NCBI GenBank assembly: GCA_903913885.1
Contig: CAIWMX010000125.1
Coordinates: 71,461 to 135,460, forward strand
Direction of reading: 5' to 3'
Origin: an uncultured Bacteroidales bacterium
Lineage (GTDB): Bacteria; Bacteroidota; Bacteroidia; Bacteroidales; FEN-979
DNA: 64,000 bases
Within the stretch, counting starts at the first letter, position 1. The number at the start of each line of letters is the position of its first letter. Of this stretch, positions 18,587 through 26,061 are shown in pieces. The notes beneath the pieces are model-generated. The model was not told where the DNA came from. It ran no database searches and saw only the letters and a list, made by a program, of their open reading frames with translations. Position numbers and translations under genes: made by a program.

Positions 18587-18847
18587 ATGAAATTACGAAA
18601 AAATGTTGCAGTCAGTGAGGCCGGGTTGCTGTTCAACCCGGTAAACGGTGAATCTTACTCACTTAACCCCATCGGGGTTGAGATCCTCAACCTCATCCGG
18701 GAAGATAAAAGCCCGGAACAGATCATCAAGGTCATCCTTGAAAAATATTCAACCGATAAGGCAACCTTTGAAAAAGACTACTTTGATTTCATTGGGATTC
18801 TTGAACACCACAACCTGCTTGAAAGCCATGAAGAAACGAACGCTTAA
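18587..18847 (+). CDS. PqqD-family protein (RiPP-recognition-element-like peptide chaperone)
   Basis: 86 aa. ...LLFNPVNGESYSLNPIGVEILNLIREDKSPEQIIKVILEKYSTDKATFEKDYFDFIGILEHHNLL fits the PqqD pattern (x-L-N-x-x-g-x-x-iw-x-l-x-x-x-x-s-x-x-e-i). Confidence 0.75.
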   Translation: MKLRKNVAVSEAGLLFNPVNGESYSLNPIGVEILNLIREDKSPEQIIKVILEKYSTDKATFEKDYFDFIGILEHHNLLESHEETNA

Positions 18848-19874
18848 CATCGCCGTCACGGGGTTGAATGCAATCGATTCGCCGGGCCCGGGGGTATCGG
18901 TGATCAGGGCGTTGCATGAAGCCGCGTCATTTAATGTCAACATCATCGGTTTATCATACGAATCGCTTGAGCCGGGCATCTACATGCATGATCTTGTTGC
19001 GCGCACCTATTCGATCCCTTATCCCGCAGCCGGGATCGACACCCTGCTGGCCCGGCTTGAGTACATCCATGAAAAGGAAAAGATTGATGTGATCATCCCC
19101 AATTTTGACGCTGAGCTTTACCCGTTTATAAAACTGGAGCCGAAACTCAAAGCCATGGGCATTCATATGTTCCTGCCTACGCTTCATCAGTTTGAAGAGC
19201 GTCATAAGGTGAATCTGAATGATTTCGGAAGAAAATACGGCATCAGCGTGCCGCACAGCAAGGTGCTCTATGACCTGAACACGGTACACAGCCTGCCTTC
19301 GGAGTTTTCATTCCCCATGATCGTGAAAGGCAAATTTTACGATGCCTCCATTGCATACAGCATCGAACAGGTGAAGAGCTATTTCAACAAGATCAGCGCC
19401 AAATGGGGGCTTCCGATCATCATCCAGGAATTCGTCCACGGAACTGAATTCAACGTGACGGGGCTGGGCGATGGCAAGGGCAATACCATTGCGGCGGTTC
19501 CGATGCGCAAACAGTACATCACCGACAAGGGGAAAGCGTGGGGGGGCATCTCCATTGCCGATGAAAAAATGCTCGACATGACACGGAAATTCCTGAAAAA
19601 CACCAAGTGGCGCGGTGGCTTCGAACTTGAACTGATGAAAAACAAGGACGGGGAGCTTTACCTCCTTGAAATAAATCCCCGTTTGCCGGCATGGATTTAC
19701 CTGGCGGTCGGAGTAGGGCAGAATATCCCCGAGGCGCTGGTCAACCTTGCCCTGGGCGAAAAAGTGAAACCCTTCAGCACCTACAGCGTGGGCAAAATGT
19801 TTGTCCGCTATTCATGGGATATGATTGTTGACAGGGAAGAGTTCGAGCAGATCAGCATTTATGGAGAGTTGTAA
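18828..19874 (+). CDS. ATP-grasp family ligase (substrate unknown)
   Basis: Start taken at MKKRTLNIAVTG (18828), a 20-nt overlap with the PqqD stop, rather than the track's 18648. ATP-grasp features: ...PMIVKGKFYDA..., IIQEFVHGTEFNV, LLEINPRLPAWIYLAVGVGQNIPEALV. Confidence 0.8.
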   Translation: MKKRTLNIAVTGLNAIDSPGPGVSVIRALHEAASFNVNIIGLSYESLEPGIYMHDLVARTYSIPYPAAGIDTLLARLEYIHEKEKIDVIIPNFDAELYPFIKLEPKLKAMGIHMFLPTLHQFEERHKVNLNDFGRKYGISVPHSKVLYDLNTVHSLPSEFSFPMIVKGKFYDASIAYSIEQVKSYFNKISAKWGLPIIIQEFVHGTEFNVTGLGDGKGNTIAAVPMRKQYITDKGKAWGGISIADEKMLDMTRKFLKNTKWRGGFELELMKNKDGELYLLEINPRLPAWIYLAVGVGQNIPEALVNLALGEKVKPFSTYSVGKMFVRYSWDMIVDREEFEQISIYGEL

Positions 19875-19892
19875 TCAATAAAAATTAAAACA

Positions 19893-21251
19893 ATGAGCAA
19901 AACAAGATATGAACGCCCGGTGATTAAAAAACTGGAAACCGGCATGCCGAATAAATTCGGAACAAAAACGGAATACGAACCCTTGACCCACATCGACGGG
20001 GTTGCTGTGAACGACCTCATCGGGAAATACGGCTCTCCCCTGTTCGTCATTTCAGAAAAAACCATCCGCAGTACCATTAAAAAGGCAAAAAAAGCCTTTG
20101 AAACCCGCTATCCGAAGGTGCAGTTTGCATGGTCTTACAAAACCAACTACCTCAACGCGGTATGCAGTATATTCCACCAGGAAGGCTCGTGGGCCGAGGT
20201 GGTGTCGGGGTTTGAGTACGACAAAGCGATCAACCTGGGCGTTGACGGGCGCAAGATCATCTTCAACGGGCCCGATAAAAGCGAGCAGGATCTCACCAAG
20301 GCGATCACCAACGATTCGCTGATCCACATCGATCATCTCGACGAGTTGTATTCCATCACCGAACTGGCTGAAAAGCTGAACAAACGCCCCAGGGTTGCCA
20401 TCAGGGTAAACATGGATACCGGTGTATATCCCATGTGGGACCGCTTTGGCTTTAATTACGAAAACGGCCAGGCATGGGATGCCATCAACAAGATCATGCA
20501 TTCTGAAAAAATGGAACTGGTCGGGCTGCACTGCCATATCGGGACCTTCATGCTGTCGCCCTTTGCCTACGGCATTGCGGCTGCAAAGCTGGCCGACCTG
20601 GCTCTTGCCCTGGAGCAGAAGTTCAAGCATGAGATCAAATACATCGACCTGGGCGGCGGTTTTGCCTCAAAGAACACCCTTAAAGGTTCCTTTCTCCCGG
20701 GAAATGACACGAATCCGACGTTTGATGACTTTGCAGAGGTCATCTCCACCGCCCTGATCAACAGCAATTTCAAGAAGGATAAGCTGCCATTGCTCATCCT
20801 TGAAACCGGGCGCGCCCTGGTTGACGAAGCCGGGTTCCTGCTGGGGTCGGTTATCTCAAACAAGCGATCAAGCACGGGCCGCCGCAACACCATCCTCGAT
20901 GTGGGGGTAAATATCCTCTTTACTTCGTTCTGGTATGATCACAAGATCACCCCGGCGCAGTCATTCACCCACTATTCGGAGGATACCTGCCTCTACGGAC
21001 CGCTTTGCATGAACATCGACGTGATCCGTGAAAGCACCACCCTGCCGCTGCTCAACAAGGGGGAACATGTGGTTATCCATAATGTCGGCGCATACAATAT
21101 GACGCAATGGATGCAGTTTATTACCCTGCGGCCCAACGTGGTGCTGATCGATATGGATGAAAAGCCCCACCTGATCCGGAGCAAGGAGTCGCTGGAGAAT
21201 ATGAACAGCATGGAAAAGGTGCCAAATCATCTGGAGAGGTTTGATAAATGA
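19893..21251 (+). CDS. type III PLP-dependent decarboxylase (Orn/DAP/Arg decarboxylase family), paralog distinct from lysA
   Basis: 452 aa. FAWSYKTNY (PLP-lysine context), HCHIGTF, IDLGGGF and ILETGRALV motifs typical of the alanine-racemase-fold decarboxylases. A bona fide lysA is elsewhere in the window. Confidence 0.85.
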   Translation: MSKTRYERPVIKKLETGMPNKFGTKTEYEPLTHIDGVAVNDLIGKYGSPLFVISEKTIRSTIKKAKKAFETRYPKVQFAWSYKTNYLNAVCSIFHQEGSWAEVVSGFEYDKAINLGVDGRKIIFNGPDKSEQDLTKAITNDSLIHIDHLDELYSITELAEKLNKRPRVAIRVNMDTGVYPMWDRFGFNYENGQAWDAINKIMHSEKMELVGLHCHIGTFMLSPFAYGIAAAKLADLALALEQKFKHEIKYIDLGGGFASKNTLKGSFLPGNDTNPTFDDFAEVISTALINSNFKKDKLPLLILETGRALVDEAGFLLGSVISNKRSSTGRRNTILDVGVNILFTSFWYDHKITPAQSFTHYSEDTCLYGPLCMNIDVIRESTTLPLLNKGEHVVIHNVGAYNMTQWMQFITLRPNVVLIDMDEKPHLIRSKESLENMNSMEKVPNHLERFDK

Positions 21252-21254
21252 GGG

Positions 21255-21358
21255 ATGTGCTGATGTGCTGATGTGCTAATGTGCTGATGTGCTGATGTGC
21301 TGATGTGCTAATGTGCTAATGTGCTGATGTGCTGATGTGCTGATGTACTAATGTGATT
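21255..21358. repeat. 8-bp tandem repeat, 13 copies (atgtgctg / atgtgcta)
   Basis: Counted by hand: 13 contiguous octamers starting 4 nt after the decarboxylase TGA (21249-21251). The last two units are degenerate (atgtacta, atgtgatt). Confidence 0.95.
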
Positions 21359-21493
21359 AGGTGATAATGGAGGGAAAATTGTTGATTTGGAATTCTTTTC
21401 GCAGGATTTTATTTTTAACAGCATCTACATAACCATTAGTTCACGCTGAACACGAACATAAGTAGCGCTTTCCCGTAATTTTATTTATTAATT

Positions 21494-23728
21494 TTGAATT
21501 TTTATTTATTTCAGCCTTTGACGTTTAAGAGACTTACATACATCTTCCCGTCCTTCCTGTGGAGTGTGCTGAACAGCTATACCCAGATCTTTTTTTCCAA
21601 CAGCATGATCTTTGCCGTGATCCTGATTGCGGTTTCGTTTTTCGATGTTTGGGCAGGGGTGAGCGGCATGGTGGCCGTCATGGTGTCAAACACCCTGGCA
21701 TACCTGATCGGCTTGAACCGGCAGAAGATCAAAAAGGGTTACTATGGGTTCAACAGTTTGCTGGTAGGGCTTGGGTTGGGCGTGTTTTATCAGCCGGGCC
21801 TGGAGTTCTTTATCATCCTTGGATTTGCCGCACTGCTTACTCTTTTACTGACGGTTCTGATGGAAGGGGTGATCGGGAAATACGGACTGCCGTTCCTGAG
21901 CCTCTCTTTTTTGCTGGGAACGTGGCTTGTAAGCCTGGCAACAAGGCAATTTACCGCGCTGCATGTAAGCGAACGGGGCATATACATGACAAACGAGATG
22001 TTCATGATCGGCGGCAAACACCTGGTGTTGTCATACAACTGGCTCTCAAACATTGGCATGCCTGAACCGGTGCGGCTCTATTTCACTTCGCTGGGCGCCA
22101 TTTTTTTTCAATATCATTTATTTGCGGGGATCCTGATTGCGCTGGGATTACTTATTTGTTCGCGTATCTCCTTTATCCTGTCGCTGCTGGGTTTCTTTTC
22201 GGCTTATGCCTATTACAACTTCATTGGCGCCGACATCCATGAACTGAGTTACAGTTATATAGGTTTTAATTTCATCCTGACTTCCATTGCCGTGGGCGGA
22301 TTTTTCATCATCCCGTCGAGGTGGTCATTCCTGTGGGTCATCCTGCTTACACCCGTTATTTCGATTATCCTGACGAGTACGCAGGCAATCTTTTCAATTT
22401 TCCAGATTTCCGTCTACTCACTCCCGTTCAACCTGGTTGTGCTGATCTTCCTGTATGCCCTTAAATTCAGGGAACGCTTTTATGACAAGCCGGAACTGGT
22501 GGTTTACCAGCAATTCTCACCGGAAAAAAATCTTTACTCACATTTGAATTATAAGGCCCGGTTCGGGAAATCGCTTTATTTCGCGTTCGTGCTGCCGTTC
22601 TGGGGTGAATGGAAAGTAACACAAAGTCATAATGGTAAACATACCCATCAGGGCGACTGGCGTCATGCCTGGGATTTCGAAATAACCGATGAGGATGGAC
22701 TAACTTATACCGGAGATGGGGCCCTCCGTGAAAACTACTATGCCTATAATAAACCGGTGATTGCCCCGGCCGACGGCGTCGTGGAGGAAATCACCGACGA
22801 GGCAGAGGATAATGAGATCGGCAGCGTTGACCTGGAACACAACTGGGGAAACACCCTGATCCTTCGCCACGCCGATCTTCTTTATTCAAAATTATCGCAC
22901 CTGAAAAAGGGCAGCTTTAAAGTCGCGGCAGGCGATAGTGTAAAAAAGGGCCAGGTGGTCGCAGCCTGTGGGAATTCGGGCCGCTCTCCCGTGCCTCACC
23001 TTCATTTCCAGCTCCAGGGAACACCCTACATCGGTTCACCTACCCTCGACTATCCCATCAGCCATTTCATCAGGCATAAGAACAATGCTTTTGAATTGAA
23101 ATCATACGAATCACCCGAAAATGAGGTGATCGTCTCCAACATCACAAAAAACAGTTCCCTGGAAAAGGCATTTCATTTCATCCCCGGCCAAAAGTTCCTG
23201 TTCAGTGTGAAGCCTGCGACAGGCAAAGAATATATGATCGATTGGGAAATCAAGGCAGATGCAATAAACCAGACCTATATCTATTGTGAAAGAACAAAAT
23301 CCCGGGCCTGGTTCCGCAACGATGGAGACATTCATTACTTCACCTTTTTCGAAGGTGACCGGTCGGCCATTCTTTATAAATTTTTCCTTGGAGCCTATAA
23401 AGTAATGTTGGGATATTACAAGGATCTCCAGGTAAAAGACCAGTACCCTGTCAATACATTCAACAATGCGTTGGCAGGACTCGTTCAGGATTTCGTTTCT
23501 CCTTTCATAATTTTCACCCGTTCTGAATACCTTCTCAGCTACCTGGGTATGGATGATGCCCTGATGCAAACCAACATCCGCCTGCGGTCGGAGGTGTCGG
23601 CCAGGATCGGCAGTTATGAACTTAAGAAAATGGAATGTAATCTCTTTATCGGGATTCACGGACTGGAGCGGTTCATCATACGCGAAAATGAAAAAGAAAC
23701 AGCAGTCAAAATGGTTAGCGGCCGATGA
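21494..23728 (+). CDS. fusion protein: urea-transporter-like (UT family) membrane domain + M23 metallopeptidase domain + C-terminal domain of unknown function
   Basis: 744 aa. The N-terminal roughly 340 aa are polytopic, with NSYTQIFFSNS...GYYGFNSLLVGLGLG resembling the UT family. The central part has M23 signatures (HQGDWRHAWDF..., CGNSGRSPVPHLHFQLQ). Start uncertain: the TTG at 21494 coincides with a TAATTTTG -7-like box (21489-21496). Confidence 0.75.
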   Translation: MNFYLFQPLTFKRLTYIFPSFLWSVLNSYTQIFFSNSMIFAVILIAVSFFDVWAGVSGMVAVMVSNTLAYLIGLNRQKIKKGYYGFNSLLVGLGLGVFYQPGLEFFIILGFAALLTLLLTVLMEGVIGKYGLPFLSLSFLLGTWLVSLATRQFTALHVSERGIYMTNEMFMIGGKHLVLSYNWLSNIGMPEPVRLYFTSLGAIFFQYHLFAGILIALGLLICSRISFILSLLGFFSAYAYYNFIGADIHELSYSYIGFNFILTSIAVGGFFIIPSRWSFLWVILLTPVISIILTSTQAIFSIFQISVYSLPFNLVVLIFLYALKFRERFYDKPELVVYQQFSPEKNLYSHLNYKARFGKSLYFAFVLPFWGEWKVTQSHNGKHTHQGDWRHAWDFEITDEDGLTYTGDGALRENYYAYNKPVIAPADGVVEEITDEAEDNEIGSVDLEHNWGNTLILRHADLLYSKLSHLKKGSFKVAAGDSVKKGQVVAACGNSGRSPVPHLHFQLQGTPYIGSPTLDYPISHFIRHKNNAFELKSYESPENEVIVSNITKNSSLEKAFHFIPGQKFLFSVKPATGKEYMIDWEIKADAINQTYIYCERTKSRAWFRNDGDIHYFTFFEGDRSAILYKFFLGAYKVMLGYYKDLQVKDQYPVNTFNNALAGLVQDFVSPFIIFTRSEYLLSYLGMDDALMQTNIRLRSEVSARIGSYELKKMECNLFIGIHGLERFIIRENEKETAVKMVSGR

Positions 23729-25221
23729 TAAAAAAACTGCTCATGTTCCTGATCACACTGGCATCCGTTGCAACCACCCCGGTTTATGCATCCGTTAAGC
23801 TTGATTATTCTACGGTTGAGACGGTCACAAACCGGTGCTTCACGGAACAAAAGTGGGACAGTGTGATTGTGATCGGCAAGAAGGCCCTGCATCAGCATAT
23901 CGATTATTACTACCTCCGCTTGCGTATGGGCATCTCCTATTATCAAAAAGCGGAATACTTCCCTGCCATCATCCATCTGAAAAAGGCAAGGCAATTCAAT
24001 TCAAGTGATCCGATGGCCGGAGATTACCTCTATCGTACCTATTTCTATACCAACCGTAACGAAGAAGCACGGCTCCTCAGGGCATCCATGCCGAGGGAGG
24101 ACCGGGATACCGTTCTTGACAAGACCGGGTTCGTGGAGCAGGTTCATGTTGAAAGCGGTTATACCATCAGCAGCGACAAATCACCCTCGAACCTAAGCAC
24201 CCTGATGGGGAAAGACAGCGTTTACGGGGAACGGGATCTTTACGGGAATAGTTTATACTCCAATCTTGGTTTGAAGCTGAGGGTCTCAAACCGGGTTGGC
24301 ATTTCAATAGACTACAACTACCTTAACTTCACAAAAACGAAGTACATCCAGTATGTCCGGAATGAAGATCAACTGCAAAGCATCACCGATTCCTCATGGG
24401 GTAAGAGCTATAACTATTCCTTTCCCTGGGTGATTCATGACACCAGCTTCACCTATCATGTCATGCAACATGAGGCCTATGTCAATGCCTCTGTCGCCCT
24501 GCCATTCGGAATTAAAATTATCCCCGCATTTCACTGGCTTCATGTGAGCTATACCATGGTCAACCCATCTTATACCAGGGATACCGTGAGTGATACCGCC
24601 TTTTATACGAGCTACAACAGCACCTACCATACATTTCCCTTTACACGGCTTACCTACTCCTACGCCCGGAAAGACACGGCGTTTAATAACTATGTGGCTT
24701 CCCTCCGCATTTCGAAAGACTTAGGGAGGTTAACCCTTGCACTTACCGGCAGTTGGTCGGACCTGAATGGTAAAACGCAGAAACAGGCTGGTTTGTCGCT
24801 GACCTATTTCCCATTTGGCAACTTCAATATTTATGGGAGCACTTCCATTACCGGTTTTATGCAGGGCAGCGACAGCCGGCTGTTATACAGCCAGGTTCTG
24901 GGCTTGAAATGCACAAGATGGATGTGGGCCGAAGCAAATTTCCACTATGGCAACTTTACCAATTCCAACATTCTTAACGGATCTGTAGTCTATAACAATA
25001 CTGATATCATTGATTACAGAGGAGGAGCCACCCTGGTTTTCATGGCTGGCAAGCATCTCCAGTTTTCGCTGCTTTACCAGTATTTCCGTAAAGAGAGCCA
25101 GCAACTTTATTACATAAAGACCCAGGACCCTGACACCCATGCAATCAAGGAAACACCACAATACAAAACCAATCCCTATAACACAAACACAATAATCGGA
25201 GGAATCACATGGAAACTATAG
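23725..25221 (+). CDS. secreted / outer-membrane-like hypothetical protein (N-terminal TPR-like region)
   Basis: 498 aa with signal peptide MIKKLLMFLITLASVATTPVYA. ATGA overlap with the upstream gene. The C-terminal two thirds are rich in alternating aromatic/polar beta-strand-like segments. No family recognised. Confidence 0.6.
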   Translation: MIKKLLMFLITLASVATTPVYASVKLDYSTVETVTNRCFTEQKWDSVIVIGKKALHQHIDYYYLRLRMGISYYQKAEYFPAIIHLKKARQFNSSDPMAGDYLYRTYFYTNRNEEARLLRASMPREDRDTVLDKTGFVEQVHVESGYTISSDKSPSNLSTLMGKDSVYGERDLYGNSLYSNLGLKLRVSNRVGISIDYNYLNFTKTKYIQYVRNEDQLQSITDSSWGKSYNYSFPWVIHDTSFTYHVMQHEAYVNASVALPFGIKIIPAFHWLHVSYTMVNPSYTRDTVSDTAFYTSYNSTYHTFPFTRLTYSYARKDTAFNNYVASLRISKDLGRLTLALTGSWSDLNGKTQKQAGLSLTYFPFGNFNIYGSTSITGFMQGSDSRLLYSQVLGLKCTRWMWAEANFHYGNFTNSNILNGSVVYNNTDIIDYRGGATLVFMAGKHLQFSLLYQYFRKESQQLYYIKTQDPDTHAIKETPQYKTNPYNTNTIIGGITWKL

Positions 25222-25877
25222 AGAAAATTAAAAATTACAAATTAAAAATTAAAAATTATTCGTCATTTCGCTGTTTGGCCATTTCATTGTTTCTGCTTTG
25301 TTCAGTGCATCTGTTCAGCCAGTCAAATAATGCTACGCTCCAGGAGACTTTTGCCAGGAGCCAGGAATTTGAAGGGAGGGGTAATTTCAATGAAGCCATT
25401 GCCACCATGAAGAAAATTTACCAGGAAGATTCCTATGAAATCAACCTGCGCCTGGGCTGGCTGACCAACCTGGCAGGACAGTTTACCGAATCGTCGTCCT
25501 ATTATCAAAAAGCGATTAATCTGAAACCCTATGCCATTGAACCAAAATTTGGGTTTGTTTACCCCGCATCAGCCCTGGGGAACTGGGACCAGGTGATTAA
25601 GCAGTACAATGAAATTCTGACCATTGATCCGCAAAATACCCTGGCCAACTACAGAATGGGTTCGATCTATTATGGACGAAAAGATTACGCCAAAGCGGAA
25701 AAATATCTTGAAAAGGTGATCAACCTCTACCCTTTTGATTATGACAGCATGCTCCTTTATGGCTGGACAAATTACAAGCTCGGGAAGTTCCGTGAAGCCC
25801 AGGTGATGTTCAACAAAGTATTGCTGAACAAGCCAAAGGATGTTTCAGCCCTGGAAGGACTGTCGCTTATAAAATAA
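25209..25877 (+). CDS. TPR-repeat protein with signal peptide
   Basis: 222 aa. TPR-like repeats (GNFNEAIATMKKIYQEDSYEINLRLGW, SSYYQKAINLKP, ANYRMGSIYYGRKDYAKAEKYLEKVINLYP). The N-terminal EKIKNYKLKIKNY is encoded by a heptamer repeat array, so the true start is uncertain. Confidence 0.7.
   Translation: METIEKIKNYKLKIKNYSSFRCLAISLFLLCSVHLFSQSNNATLQETFARSQEFEGRGNFNEAIATMKKIYQEDSYEINLRLGWLTNLAGQFTESSSYYQKAINLKPYAIEPKFGFVYPASALGNWDQVIKQYNEILTIDPQNTLANYRMGSIYYGRKDYAKAEKYLEKVINLYPFDYDSMLLYGWTNYKLGKFREAQVMFNKVLLNKPKDVSALEGLSLIK
25224..25258. repeat. 7-bp tandem repeat (aaaatta x5, one caaatta variant)
   Basis: Hand-phased heptamers beginning 3 nt after the TAG stop (25219-25221) of ORF 23725..25221. 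Lies inside the annotated 5' end of ORF 25209..25877. Confidence 0.85.
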
Positions 25878-26033
25878 TCCCGCCAGGGCCACCGCGACCC
25901 CTCAATACGGTATGTTTTCCTGAATAAGGTCATGATGGGTTTTATTGATGAATGAGGATTACGGCCAAAAGGTAATTCGAAAAACGACAACTATATCTCC
26001 TCCTTGTCAAAATTGTTTACCCAATGTTGCGTT

Positions 26034-26041
26034 ATCTTTGT
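26034..26041 (+). promoter_or_regulatory. Bacteroidota-type -7 box (TATCTTTG) upstream of the M16 peptidase gene
   Basis: Matches TAnnTTTG, 20 nt upstream of the ATG at 26062. TTG at 26014-26016 gives a 17-nt spacer. Confidence 0.4.
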
Positions 26042-26061
26042 CACCAAATTGAACCGACGTT

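Noticed and set aside
18648-18827. N-terminal extension of the ATP-grasp ORF in the track (408 aa)
   Set aside because: The extension is the out-of-frame overlap with the PqqD-like CDS. MKKRTLNIAVTG at 18828 is a typical ATP-grasp N-terminus and gives a 20-nt coupled overlap.
21489-21496. TAATTTTG -7-like box overlapping the TTG start of the UT/M23 ORF
   Set aside because: Not annotated as a promoter, because box and start codon cannot both be functional as placed. UT-family conservation begins only about 25 codons downstream, so the true start and promoter remain unresolved.
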